Shown piece by piece: positions 33,513 through 45,681 of a DNA stretch of 45,681 nt (the first letter of the stretch is position 1; each line of letters opens with the position of its first letter). This DNA is from Folioceros fuciformis (taxonomy: Eukaryota). Location: contig JBNGIO010006247.1 of NCBI GenBank assembly GCA_049999805.1, positions 154,817 to 200,497 on the forward strand, given 5' to 3'. The position numbers were made by a program, and so were the translations under genes. The notes beneath the pieces are model-generated. The model was given only the letters and a program-made list of their open reading frames with translations, was not told the origin of the DNA and made no database searches.

Positions 33513-36500
33513 TCAGGTTTCACCCGCAACTTTTATAAGACCCTGCATGAGCTGTTGAAAATCATCCGCCGCAACGCGTCCCAATTTCAGCTCCTCTACC
33601 AACAGGGTCTCCTGAAAATCTACAAAACACCCAAACAAAAACATCACTCTACAGCACAAGTCCAAAAGTGTCCCCTTCCCACCATCTCCCACACTCCACA
33701 AGTCCAAAGGATCTTCCGTACACCATACCTGGGCAGCAATGGAAGAACTCGTGGACATGTCGGGCAGCTGTTTTCGCCAGGGATGCATCAGGCGATGTCA
33801 GCTGAGCAAGGAGACCTTCGACAATCTTACCAGCAGTCTGCTTGCTGCATGAGAGACCCGAGACAAATAGAAGATGACACGACACTCTTGAGAAACAATT
33901 CTGAACTATCCTTCAGCAGCAGCATTTGACAAAAACGCTTGAGTAGGATTTCTATGGAGTCTAAGCTCACAACGTGACATGGACACTTGTCTGCAGGAAG
34001 GCTCACCTCGGACAATGTAAAAGTTGTCGCAGTAGAAGGCTGTACGCCCTGTCCCGAATGGTAGAGTCTGTCACTTTCGTCAACTCCAGCAAAGGGTCCT
34101 CCAGGATGGGTAAAACTGTCGGCATCCTTGCAGATGCTTTCTCTAAGTCGGTCAGCACTCCAGCTAAATGCACGTCTTCCTCTTCCTCCTGATGACACAC
34201 CGCACACGTTTAGGTTCCAAGGATTTAGGGTTGTGGTATCATTATTCCACGGCGTTGGATAGTAGGAAAGGTAGCTTCCACACAGTGCCCGCAGAAACCT
34301 ACCATGTACAACCCGTGGACGTGCCGTGGGGAACAGCGGATGCCCTTGCCGTAAGTGCCAAGATCAGAATCTTTCCAGTCCGCCGCCTGCCTTAAGCAGT
34401 GCAACAGTTGCCTTCGAACCTTCAAAACGTCATCCACGGGCATGCCAGATGGCCCTGTCGTTGCAACCATATTCACGTGGTCTTCACCTGCGAGGTCAGC
34501 AGGACTACCAGAGGAGCCTGCGTTCTCCAAAAGGTTAAGAAGGTATCCAAGTTTCTTGATTTTCCCAAAGGTCAGTGCTGCTGCCTGAAGAACTGTTTTG
34601 TGATGAGCCACGACATATTCCTTAATTTGTCCACCAGTGGCTACACAATGACACAAAAAATCAGCAAACCGAGCAACCACTTTGGCAAACTGACGTCGGT
34701 CTTGCGTGTCGAGATCCCGCAAGAGTTCAAAGTAGAGCGACAAGGTGCTCTCAAGTTGACCCATTCCCCAAATAGCATTAGGTACTTGTCCGTGCTTGTT
34801 CAACTCTAGTAAGTAAGGCCGCAAGACATCCAGAAGCTCTATTCCCATCGAAAGAGCTCTTGCCATTGCAAGTCGAACCTGGACATCCCCTTGCTTTTTC
34901 AAAGGTAACAAATCCTGCAGTAATTTCGACCACCGTGACTTACTACATTCAGAGCGAAGGTTCTCCTGTCAATCAGAAACTGCACAGGTCTCTTGAATAG
35001 CTAGAGATTACCTTCAGGTGCAGAGTCAGAATTGGAAGGTGTGAGATCAGCAAGGCCGGATGTTGCTGGGCAAATTGATGTAGGAAACCTGCAACAATTA
35101 CCAAGTCAAACATGAACTTTCCAAACGAAATGAAGTTAGAGGAGTACCAATCGAAGTTACACTTACCATATGCCGCGTTGCAGTCCTTCTCAGTATTACC
35201 GCAAAGAAGAGTAAGTGAATTGCGCAGAACCCGACTCAATGGTGAGACCTGATCAAGCCAGCACGTAGTCCAGATTTGAGTGTTTGCAGGGCTCTACATT
35301 GCATTTCATTTCACCGAGCCAGAATATACGCACTGCACATGGGAGTAGATGTTTCTGACATGCTTGAAGGGCGGCATTGAGTAGTCCATTGTTGGAGTGC
35401 AAGCACTCTTCCCATTGTTCTCCAGAACCCCTGAGACTGAGATAGGGAATGTGCTGTAAAGAGCCCACAAAATATGGTTCCTCGACTCTTTCAATGATGC
35501 CTCGATTGAATTCTGACCCTTGAATTGTAATTTCAACATACAGGTCAGATGCATATCGCCATCAGAATTTGTCCTGAAATAGCAGAAAGTTATTACATTA
35601 GAATCGTAAGCAAAGAAGGAGCACAAGACCATGCACTTCAAGATCATTGGTCTATGAACTACACAGCGCACTTGTGTGAGCAATAGGGCGAGAGCTTACA
35701 AGTTTGCAAGTATTTCGCTTATCAAGAGGGGGCCCCCACTTGCTGTCAACATGATCAACCTCAATGCCTGTGAAAGCCGGGATAGCCAGCTGTGATCTCT
35801 ACCACCAACCTCCTGTCCCTCTTGTACTGACAGCCTAACCGCAGCAGATTCCACAACCCCCATACGTACAAGCACACCCGCTGCAGCAGGATCGAGAATA
35901 CATGTCAACAATGTTGATCCATGGTCCTGTGAGCAAGCCACGAACAAGATCAGCTCGTGAAATTCAACCTGCAACTGTTACATTCTCCTTCACAGGTCAA
36001 TTTTCTCGAGTGCTAGGATTGTATGCACCCATGTGAAGCAGACATTCAAATAACTCACCTGAAGACGTGAATTTTCAGTGTAACGACAAGCTATCTGAGC
36101 ACGAGGATGCCGTACACAACCACAAAGAAACTCCAGAAAACTTCTGGCCTCCTCAAGGTCTGTGCAAGGTAAAGCTGCTGCCTTTGCAGCAGTACACGAT
36201 TGGCTTTCTGCTCGACACGGTTGACCCTGGAATTTCAAAATTCCAAGAATGATGGTGGTAATTATGGTCCAGGAACTCTTATGCAACATATGCTCCAGAG
36301 CTAGATCAACAGGTGTTGGAGGATGAGACAATATGCTGATGTCAGAGGAACGGACTCCTAGTAACCCCTTCAACTCTTCAAATGGAATCTCTGGCCTCAA
36401 AAATAAAAACAATTCCACAACAAGAGCAACGCGACCAGCCAACTCGACCTGCTTCTTTTGGACAGGAAATGCACTGAGGTTTTCTGAACGTCTTGCTGTA

Positions 36501-39500
36501 GGGCTTTCAAGCCAGTGACAAACTAAAATTCCAAGCTCTTCTGCGATTGAGAAGCCCATACTCGTTTCATTCTTACATCCATCACAAATGTGTTTCACAG
36601 ATTGTGACTTTCTATTGCCGCACCTAGAGGTGCGAGAAGAAATAACCAAGATCAGATATGCGAGAAGATCTGTCTCCAGCTCGTGGACAGATCCATCCTT
36701 AATCCAAGAGGATATTTTTGAACAGTGAACACAGGCCTTTAGACCTGCCTGCAACGCTGCGAAGGGTCGCCTGACAACAGACATGACGGAGGTTAATTTT
36801 GTCCCCCCAGTCACTTTGGAGCCGCCATCTTTTAGTTCATCCAGTATTGAAATAACCCTGCCAGAGATACTTGAGAGGACCAAATTATCACGTATATGGG
36901 AATCTCCTAGCCTCTCGCACCAGCTTCGCAGGAAAGACAGAACAGCCAAGAAAGATGGTCCACAAACGAATTGACCTGGAGGATATATACCACTATCTGT
37001 AGGAACTGACGCAATGGCATGTCTCCTGCAACGTGATAACAATAATAACACAGCAAGAGCTGAGGGAACAATGCTCATTGCAAGAATTCCTTGGTTCTGA
37101 ATTCCAGTCATAGAACTTTCTACGGACTCCAGGCACCTCTTAACGCCTTCATTCTGTCTGTTAAGCACAGCCTTCCCTAGACCTTTCCTTAACCGTAGGT
37201 ATTTAGGACCCAATATTCCTATGTCACGTGTATTACGTTCCAGATTGTTGAAAACATATGTGGCATCCGAGATCAGCTGCTCAATAAACACATTATCATC
37301 TTGGTTGCCCTGGTACACCTCTGAAACCTCGGCTTCAAATGCATTTCCACTTTTCACAATTTTGGCATCCAAACAGAGATCGCTCGAAATATAATTCACA
37401 TCTTGGACATTAGATGAGCTAAACTTCTGCAATTTTCTGCGAAGCAATGAAAGACACCTGAGTTCTGATTCTTAATCATACGGTTGTGTGCAAAGGTGAT
37501 ATAGTTAGAAGACCTACTGCAAGAAGTCCAGGCCACCGTTACTTCCAGATTTCTGAAGCAATATCACAGAACCGTAGATTTTCTTCGACTTCTCACTTGT
37601 GAAGCCTTTGGACTGAAATGCAGCCATCAGCCTGTAGTAGTGACATAAGAAAGTATTAGCACTAATACTGGTAAGCCTTGGGTTCTCTAGTGAGAATGCA
37701 CCAACGGAAAGAGCACCTGATCTCAGAAACCCCATCAAGTTCCTCCAGCAAAGCAGATCCAGCGCTGACAGATAGCCCAAGCTGCTCCAAAACATCCAGC
37801 TTTGTATTAATCGACAGAGCTGATAAACCTGTAGGCCAATCATGAGAATCAGCTGGATGAACAACAGGCAGAAAGGATATGTTCAAGCATGGATGCTTTA
37901 GGGACCATCACACTGAGGTGACATATACCTGCTCTACTGACTCTGATATCTTTGCTTCTGACGAAGCCTACAGCTTGCATCTCTGACAAGAGGGAAAACC
38001 TCTTCCCACCTCCAATCTCGAGCCATGCCATTGAACAATCGTCCGTCCATGTAGATGTTGAGGAGTTGAAGTCCATGAACCCAGGGATTAAGAGCTTCAG
38101 ATATTGACCATACAATGCTCCCCACATATTCTCTCCATCAGTGTTGGCAAGCACTGAAAGCAGCTGTATTCCTGCATCGACTACCATCTTGTGCAGTTCG
38201 ACTCGCAGAACATCTTTGTTGGTCTTTGGTGAAACCAGTGTTACCAGTGGAGTTGTGCTTGCCGTGATGAGGTTCCAACCCGAATCCGCGGCAGTCCCAC
38301 CATGCAGCGCAGTAAGAACTGTTTCAAGCATAAATTCAACCGTAGAATTATATTTTAAAGGGCCGGGTACAGCCTGCCTATGTTCATAGTCTGAACACAA
38401 GCAAGTGGACAGTAATCTCCGCCGAACCACGAGGACAGATACGCAACACGTTAAGGACGTGCATGGCGGCAAACATTCTGAATGCTTGTGCAAGAAGTTC
38501 AGGTAGGCTATCATCTGCAACAACCCAAAAAAGGAAAAAGAAAATCTGTTCAGTATCCAAGGCAACTGACGCTGGTATCAGTCAATTGAGATGCAAAAGT
38601 GACTCAGGCGATAAAAAGTCATACCACTTGTACTGAGCTCTCCGTCTGAAACGCCAGCTGTAAGGACGGCGCCAATGCTGCAACCAGACTAGACTTCGTT
38701 GGGACCTCGCTTACGGATTGGAGCCAGTCACAGCTATCCCCACCACTTGATCCACATGCAACCCCAGTATCCGACGACCCAATTGTACAGACATGCTCTG
38801 ACCTTGGTTCAGAAACAGCCTCAGTGAATAGAAGTGTAAAACACCTCCGTGCACAGGAACGGGCAAGACTACTTCTGGAAGCCAGCCTTTCGGCGAGGAA
38901 CCCCCCTATCATTTTCACATCACTATCATCCGGTTGACTGTCTGCTCTTAAGATCTTATGCAAGTTGGAAATAACTCCAGATACATCAACCATCTGTGTT
39001 TCACAAGCGCCTCGTGATCCCTCATGCATGTAGAGTAGCTCACACTGTAGAGGCCACCAAAAAAAAGTTAGTTAGTGAATCTACTGAAGTAAGCTCAAAG
39101 GATGTTACAAATCCACGAGGGTCCGTACCTGCCACAGACATGGGAGAGCTGTCACCGCATCTGGATCCGAGAGTAATACTTTCTCCAACCACGGCCACGC
39201 TTCTCGCAATGTCTGCAGTTCAGATTTTAAGTCACCTGTGTGTTTCAATTTTAGCACCTGAAGGACTCGCATCAACCCTACTTTCACATTGGTATGCATC
39301 ACTGGTGGGGTAGCAATAGCCAATCAATCATCTCACAACCAATTTTGTCACACAGCGAAATCAGACACTTGTCCACACCTGGCAGCTTGTAACGTGTCTA
39401 AAGAAATTGGGGCTTCTGCACTTCCGCAGCATGCGACCTAGCTGATACTCTTCATTAATGTGATCCACCTGCTGAAGTACAGATGTAGGGGGTTGCCTGG

Positions 39501-42500
39501 TTGGCCCTTCTTGATTAAATAGCATCACATTCCCCTTCCACTCCTCTCCTTTAAAAGGCCACGGAACAGGAGTCTCACTGGCAGCTTGAGAAGCAAAGAA
39601 TGCAGATATTGCTTCCTCAGCTTTTATGTCCCTCTGAACAGCTTCTGTTTCGAGTTTCTCAACTTCAAAGTTCTGCACTCCATCCTCACTGAGCCCATGC
39701 ACAAAAAGAGGGGGAAAAATCAAGCATATAACACAGCATTTGATAACGTACTATCACAGCAAACTATCTTCACACCTTCACTTACTGATTGAATGCAAGG
39801 CTTTTCCTGCCTGTGAGAAGAACTTCCATGAAGAACCGAATAGTAGGAAAGTTCCGCCAAACAAACTGACCAATGGTTGTTGGATTGCACACAGCTATGA
39901 TCAGAACAACCAGTGAGGCTCGCCAGTACATATCCTTCAACTGCAAATATCCCGAACGACAAACCAGTCAGACATGATCCACAAACAGGCCAGCACTAGC
40001 AAAACGATGGATCACTCCACGTCTCTGGACCAACAAGAAGATAAAGGCGCCGGTTAAACATTACAACAAACTGCGGCCGACAGTTGAGTAGATGTACACT
40101 TGCAAGCTTGAATATAGCGGCAGGCAGCTGCAACACTCAACAAATGTGAACACAGCAGATTACATCCTTAAGTGCAAACACGCCAGAGCAATACCTCTCC
40201 CAAGAAACGACTCCACGTTGACTAACCTGCTCACTTTTCGCGATGAGTGAACCCTCCATAAGGTTCTGGAGCTTCGCTGCTCTCCATACCAGGCCTTCAA
40301 TTATATTTACAGCTTCAACTTGAGTCAAAGGAGACGTCTGTCAGAGAAGAAAACCAACACTTGGATTTGGACACATGGTTTTGGACAAACATAACCGATC
40401 AAATTTTTCTAACGTGTGGGACATAGGACAGTAGAAAACATAGAAGCCTCCTTGTAAAAATTGCCAACGGTAAAAGAACAACGCTCACTGATATTCCCAT
40501 CAAAATCAGGCGAGCCAATATGTCTTCAGGTGCCCGAATACAAGATGTCAGTAATTTGTAAGAAAGCATATCAAGGTCCCCAGCATTATCTGCGTTGATG
40601 AAATACACCTAATTTCATGAACAACACAAAAAACAGCTTAAGCTGTTAAAATACTTCCAGATCTGAATCACAACCTACATAAGCCAAGAACTGGGAACCG
40701 GAAGGAGATGGAACTTTACTTCAGGGCCTTCCAGAAACAGGAACTGTCGTACTATCTGCGAGAACTCGTTTTCTTGAATGTGAGGGAGGTACACAGCAAG
40801 TATTTCAGTGCACCACACCATAGCATCTTCCTGTGTCAGAAAAACTTTTGAGTGTCAACCTGGGCCTCAGACTTCCAGTAATAGAGCAACATTTCTTTCA
40901 AATGTTGTCAAATTGGACTGACGCAAGGCTGATTGTGTATATACCCAACCTGAAGATTTGCAGTGTCAATGCTGAACTTTTCCATTGGGGCAAGCTTCTC
41001 TCGGACTGATGATGCGCTTGAACCTGACGAATGAGCCTGATTTTCAGTTCCAGCCGCTGTAGGAATTGAAGGCGTCGCGATTGCAGCTACTAATCCATCA
41101 TCGGCTGTAAAGACAGCAACGGCATGCAGCAACAGCTGACAGACGAGATCAACTATCTGTGGGACCCACTTGTGTGTTAGATTGTCCGAAAGACTAAAAG
41201 GAAAGAAGATCCCGAACATTGAGCTGCACAACAGAAGGGTGTGCAAGAAAAACCTGCTTAAGCCATGTCTGCTTCAAGGCCTCAGGCTGCTCTTCCATAG
41301 CTGGCCAAGGCTGCATCAGCCCATGACAAAATGCATGCACATTTATATCCGTGCCCACTTGTCTCATAATCCTGTCGAACAAAAACGGTCACTACAATAT
41401 CAGTAGGAGAAAGAGAAATTAGAGAACAATGAAAATCCACAAAATGACAGACCTTCGAACAAGGTCCCTTAGTTGTTGTCGAGACTCATCATTAGCAGCA
41501 AGATCCTGCAAAAGATAAAGCATTACTGACACTGACAGCACACAGTGCAGCCTCAGCTACTCACCAGCCCACACATGTGAGCGACTATCAGAAAGATGCG
41601 GCCACCATCAACTACGAGAGAACTCACTTGAAATATCAAAGCCAGCTCGTGCTCAGGAGGAGGATGGTCAGGCATGGCCTTCAAAACAGTGGCAATGCTT
41701 TTCACGTTGTGTGCATTCCTGTTGTTCATCTCTGCAGTCACGAATGTCTGGAAAAGATTCCAACAAAGTACTTATGGACATGCCAGCAATGTACCATACT
41801 CTCAATGCAGACAATTCCCTCAAGGCTAGAAATGGACACCTTCAATGCTAGTGTTGCATACTCAGGCCTCCTCCGCACCAGCTGAGTGACCATGTCTGCA
41901 AAAATATTCCCATGCGGCGCCTTCATCTAACAAACGACCCGTGCATTAAGAACATGGACTACACAGTCACACAGACAAACTACTCATAAAAATGCTGTAA
42001 TGAATTCAAGTCAATTGGTCAAGTACCGAGGCAGACCTGGCCAGGGACTTGCAGTGATGGCACTCTCAAAGCTAAAAGATTAGCCACAGTATTAAAATCA
42101 TTTTCAGAAGTAGCACGAGTATGTTTAACAATGCGGTCCAGAAGAGCCTTCGCAGAACGCACATGGACAGTATTATTTAACCAGCCCTCCAACATGCTTG
42201 AGCCCACAACCCGTACCTCCTCATACCCAGCTCCTTGCATTAATAATCTGCGCAAATTGGGAGGCCCATTATTGTATGACAGGCATACACCCACAACATG
42301 CAGCACAGACACACCCGGATCTACAGAGATAAAGTGACACGTGATTCGTGAACAATGGCTTGCTGGCACACCTCAAGAGAGTGCGAGGGTTTTCCTTCGC
42401 CACATTAGCCGTCAGCAGCTGGTTCAAGGCCGATAAAAACTTTGTTCGTACCTGTTGCCGTACTTCATCTCCAGGGTACCTATTTCGAAATGCAGGCTGA

Positions 42501-44363
42501 AACAAACATGGGCCCGGCCACCTGGTCAACCAGAAATCTTATCCATCGAACCGCTCACCTCCACCTCAGCTTGATAAGCCCCACAGTCTAGGACTGAAGG
42601 TCGGAGTAGAAGATAGTGCATAATGAAAGTTGTTCGTGTCCTAATACCTGAAAAGCAGGTCCATGAGCCGAATCTGCAGTTCTGCAACATCACAGCGACC
42701 TGGTTACTGAAAACAATCAACACAAAGCACACCACGGTGACAGAACGTCAGCTCCATACATCCCCTGTCACAAGAAGAGCAGACACTCACCCATGAGAGT
42801 CAGGCCTGCTCGTGTCTTCTGAAGACCCCACTCCATCCTGATAGCCCGAGTTGTCAGGGCAACAGAAGAGAACGATCCACCATTGCTATGCATCACAGGA
42901 AAGCGGGGTTCTAAATAGGTGTCACAGGTCTAACCAGACTGGCATCTGGGAAAGCTGTAAGAACGTTCGTGACAAAGTCTTTACACCCTTCATGTTCGAT
43001 CCAGGCACGAGCTCCGGTAGCATCCTCTAAATAGAGCTGCAAATTGTCACAACAGGTTCTTCATGAATGCCCATCAATTGTACATAGCAGGAAAAAAGAG
43101 AAACAACTTCGGGCTGTTGACTACACTCACCTCCACGAAATGTAATGGCCACTCAGCATCGGCTGCAAAAGCTCTATGGAGCAATTTGGCAGCCACAAGG
43201 GGCAGCACGAGCGGTCTCTTGGTCGCAGGTTGGCTCTTGCCCAAACCGAAGAAGCTGAGCAACACCTGAGGCAGACAAAAGTCAGCACTGATGTAACCGG
43301 ATGTTCCGCCAAATGCAGAACGCACGGGACCAACGAGAGGCAACGGTAACGAACCTGGAATGTCCTAGGCAGTCGGAAAGACTCGGGAAACTTCTTCGAC
43401 ACGTACAAGCAACTGAGAAGTTGATATTTACTAGGACTAGTCACGTTCTTCGCCAGTTCTTCACAGGTATCTGCGAGCACGGCATCCAGAGCCTCCACAT
43501 TCGCTTCCTGAAGGGCAGCCCATGCAGCCCGCAGAATATCAAGATCTGCAAGCCAAGGCGAGATCATCCATCAGCCTCCTTCCTTCCACACAGCCACATC
43601 ACCTGGCTCACTCACACCCTAAGTGTACAGGGCAACGAATTCCACCTTCCTCAATTCCCAGGGCTGCCATCTGAATTCCAACGGTGAAGGAACACAACAT
43701 GGCAGAACTGACACGCTGACACAATTCAACCTCAAACAAAACGCAATCAGCACTGTCAACAGGATACACTCTCCACCCGCCGAGCAAGCAACGGTGCCAC
43801 CGCAGCCGATGGCCTCTCATCTTCCTGCTCCACGGAGGCCTCCAAACCCACGGGTTCGTTCACAGCGCCATCGCCCCCCACCTCCTCAGGCCCTTGCCCA
43901 GCCTCAACTCCAGAATCCGGAGCTGCGGACACCGGTTCGAGCAGCGGGTCCAGTTGCTCCGCCACTACCTCCGGTTGCGCAGCCACAGCAGGGGCCTCAC
44001 CCAGCCACCCCGCGCCCTCCTGCAAGCCCTCCTCCTCCGCCACAGGCGCATTGAGATCAAACCCTCGCGGGGTGGCATTCAGATCCAGCTCCGGCGTCGG
44101 GGCAGGGGCCGGAGCCGGAGCCGGGGTCGGAGCGGGGGGCGGGCCCTCATCCTCGTCCGCGCTCGTGTGGTCCACGAGTCGACGAACTCTCTTCCGCGGG
44201 CCCGTGGGATTCTTGGAAGCTCCATCTCCATGCACCGGACGCTGCACCTCGCATCAAAAGGAAAGAAAAAAAACACAAACCAACGAGCAGCCACCCAATA
44301 AGCACAGATTGAGCCAAACCCATCGCCCCCTCCGCTTCAATTCAACAACACACTCACTTTCAT
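33513..44363 (-). CDS. INTS1: Integrator complex subunit 1 homolog; large multi-exon gene (N-terminal exons inferred)
   Basis: Several exons resemble blocks of metazoan INTS1 as I recall them: LPLVAAKLLHRAFAADAEWPLHFVE|LYLEDATGARAWIEHEGCKDFVTNV, GAGYEEVRVVGSSMLEGWLNN, TAEMNNRNAHNVKSI...ELALIFQ, RIMRQVGTDINVHAFCHGLMQ, RQPPTSVLQQVDHINEEYQLGRMLRKCRSPNFF and C-terminal LLAQLTSPDASLAKTAARHVHEFF. Proposed start is ATG AAA|gtgagt at 44363; stop at 33513. Confidence 0.82.
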
Positions 44364-45324
44364 CTCCGCTTCCGTGTCATGCAGTGCTTCCAATTCCAAT
44401 TCCCCTGCCCAGCCTTCACAGCCCGCTCCTGACCCTAGTTTTCTTCTTCCCCGCACCAAAAGCTACAAGCTTGTCGGCCCTGGGTCCCCGATCCCAGCTC
44501 CGCTGTCGCCTCTCCCGCTCCACCTGTACCTACCTGCACAGAGCATGACAGAGCCGAAGGAGGGGGCTCGTTACTGACAGCCGCAGCAAAGGAAACAACT
44601 CCTCACCCAGCCGTTTTACTAATACACGTAGATAATTCATCGCCTGATCCCAATTCGAGACACCTAATTCAACTCGACACAAGTTTGGCAAACCAGTCCA
44701 CTCCAACTCTACTCCTACGCCGAGGCAGGTAGGTATCTACATATGTACATAAACAACGTTCGCATTTCAGACAAAAAGATCTGCAACTCACCCGGCGGGC
44801 TCCACTCCACGTCTCTCGCTTTTCTCCGCCACACAAGAGACTGGACGCCCGTCCTCCTCCCACACTCTCGCGTCGGTTAAGGCCGAATGAGCGACTAGGA
44901 AGGAGTGGACAAAGACGTACAGACGGTGGGGTTAGATGCTCAGAAGGCTTGGCGCACCACAGCGTAGTACCTCACATGTCCTACGGCAGAAATTCGTTCG
45001 GGAAGGAAGGAGGACTCGAGTGCATAAGATTCTTTGTCTTGTTGCGGCATCGATTTCTGCCCTGCCCTGCCTGGCCCTGCTCTGCCTGACCCGGCCCTGC
45101 TCCAGTTCACGCAGTGTGCGTGTTTCTTCGGTGTGTCTCGGTAGAGGGAACGGGCTGACGTGGCTATCAATTATTATGCCGGGATACGTACGTATGGCAA
45201 AGGACTTGTATTTAAGGAGTATGAGGACCAAGTCCAGTGATGTACAGCAAGCGTCCTTAACCTTCTTTCTGCTCTCCCTCTGTTCACATCGCGGAACTGC
45301 GGTTGTTAGTTTCCGGCGAGGGAG

Positions 45325-45681
45325 ATGAGCGGGATGGCTGCTGCGGCTTCGTCTCTGGCGCGGTTGGGAGCCTTGGTTTCGGCGAAGGATTGGGACAAGG
45401 CGGGCGTGGAGCGAGCGCCGGCCGCGTCGTGCTCGCTCAGGTCTGTGGATGCGGCAGTCGCGGGTGTTGGCGTGCGGGTGGCGGGATCTGTTCCCGGGAA
45501 TGGCAGAGTTCGGGGGGATGAAAAGAAGCGGAAGGCGGGCGGCGCCGTGGGCGTCAGGGCGGTGCAGGCCCCCGAGGCCCCGCTCGAGACAGTGAGGTTG
45601 AGCGATTGGAGCCCAGCAAGCTGGAAGACCAAGCGTGCGCTGCAGATGCCCGAGTACCCCGACCAGGGGGAGCTGGAAGTG
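45325..45681 (+). CDS. DHS: Class II DAHP synthase (3-deoxy-7-phosphoheptulonate synthase), plastid; 5' part only, runs off the window
   Basis: An open frame from ATG 45325 (or 45334) gives an Ala/Ser-rich transit peptide, then VRAVQAPE...WSPASWKTKRALQMPEYPDQGELEV, the N-terminal signature of plant DAHP synthases. Confidence 0.85.
   Translation, partial: MSGMAAAASSLARLGALVSAKDWDKAGVERAPAASCSLRSVDAAVAGVGVRVAGSVPGNGRVRGDEKKRKAGGAVGVRAVQAPEAPLETVRLSDWSPASWKTKRALQMPEYPDQGELEV

Noticed and set aside
30096-44363. Sm D2 next to INTS1 as a functional snRNP cluster
   Set aside because: Two adjacent genes in a dense genome are weak evidence without conserved synteny.

Overview
Eukaryotic nuclear DNA from a compact, gene-dense land-plant genome: about 13 genes in 46 kb with short GT-AG introns of roughly 70-200 bp. 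A hornwort is the most likely source; this is an inference from the GRP-like DYW:KP editing factor and the gene architecture. In order, the window holds: plastid BolA4; a two-part minisatellite; plastid/cytosolic glyoxalase I; a decayed PPR remnant; a 1439-aa intronless PLS-PPR protein; two tandem TPK K+ channels; MsrA5; organellar His-tRNA synthetase; intronless TIM21; a HAD-IG 5'-nucleotidase; an intronless, disabled phospholipase D; Sm D2; a large Integrator subunit 1 (INTS1) homolog; and the start of a class II DAHP synthase. Two loci stand out. (1) The PPR protein joins an N-terminal OSB-type PDF (ssDNA-binding) motif to about 31 PPRs and a variant DYW:KP domain (KKPA..., HAEKLA, C-terminus CSCKGRQ), making it a candidate U-to-C organellar RNA editor. 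(2) The plant INTS1 homolog carries paired EAR-like repressor motifs in its predicted N-terminus. Exon boundaries were read by eye and need RNA-seq confirmation.
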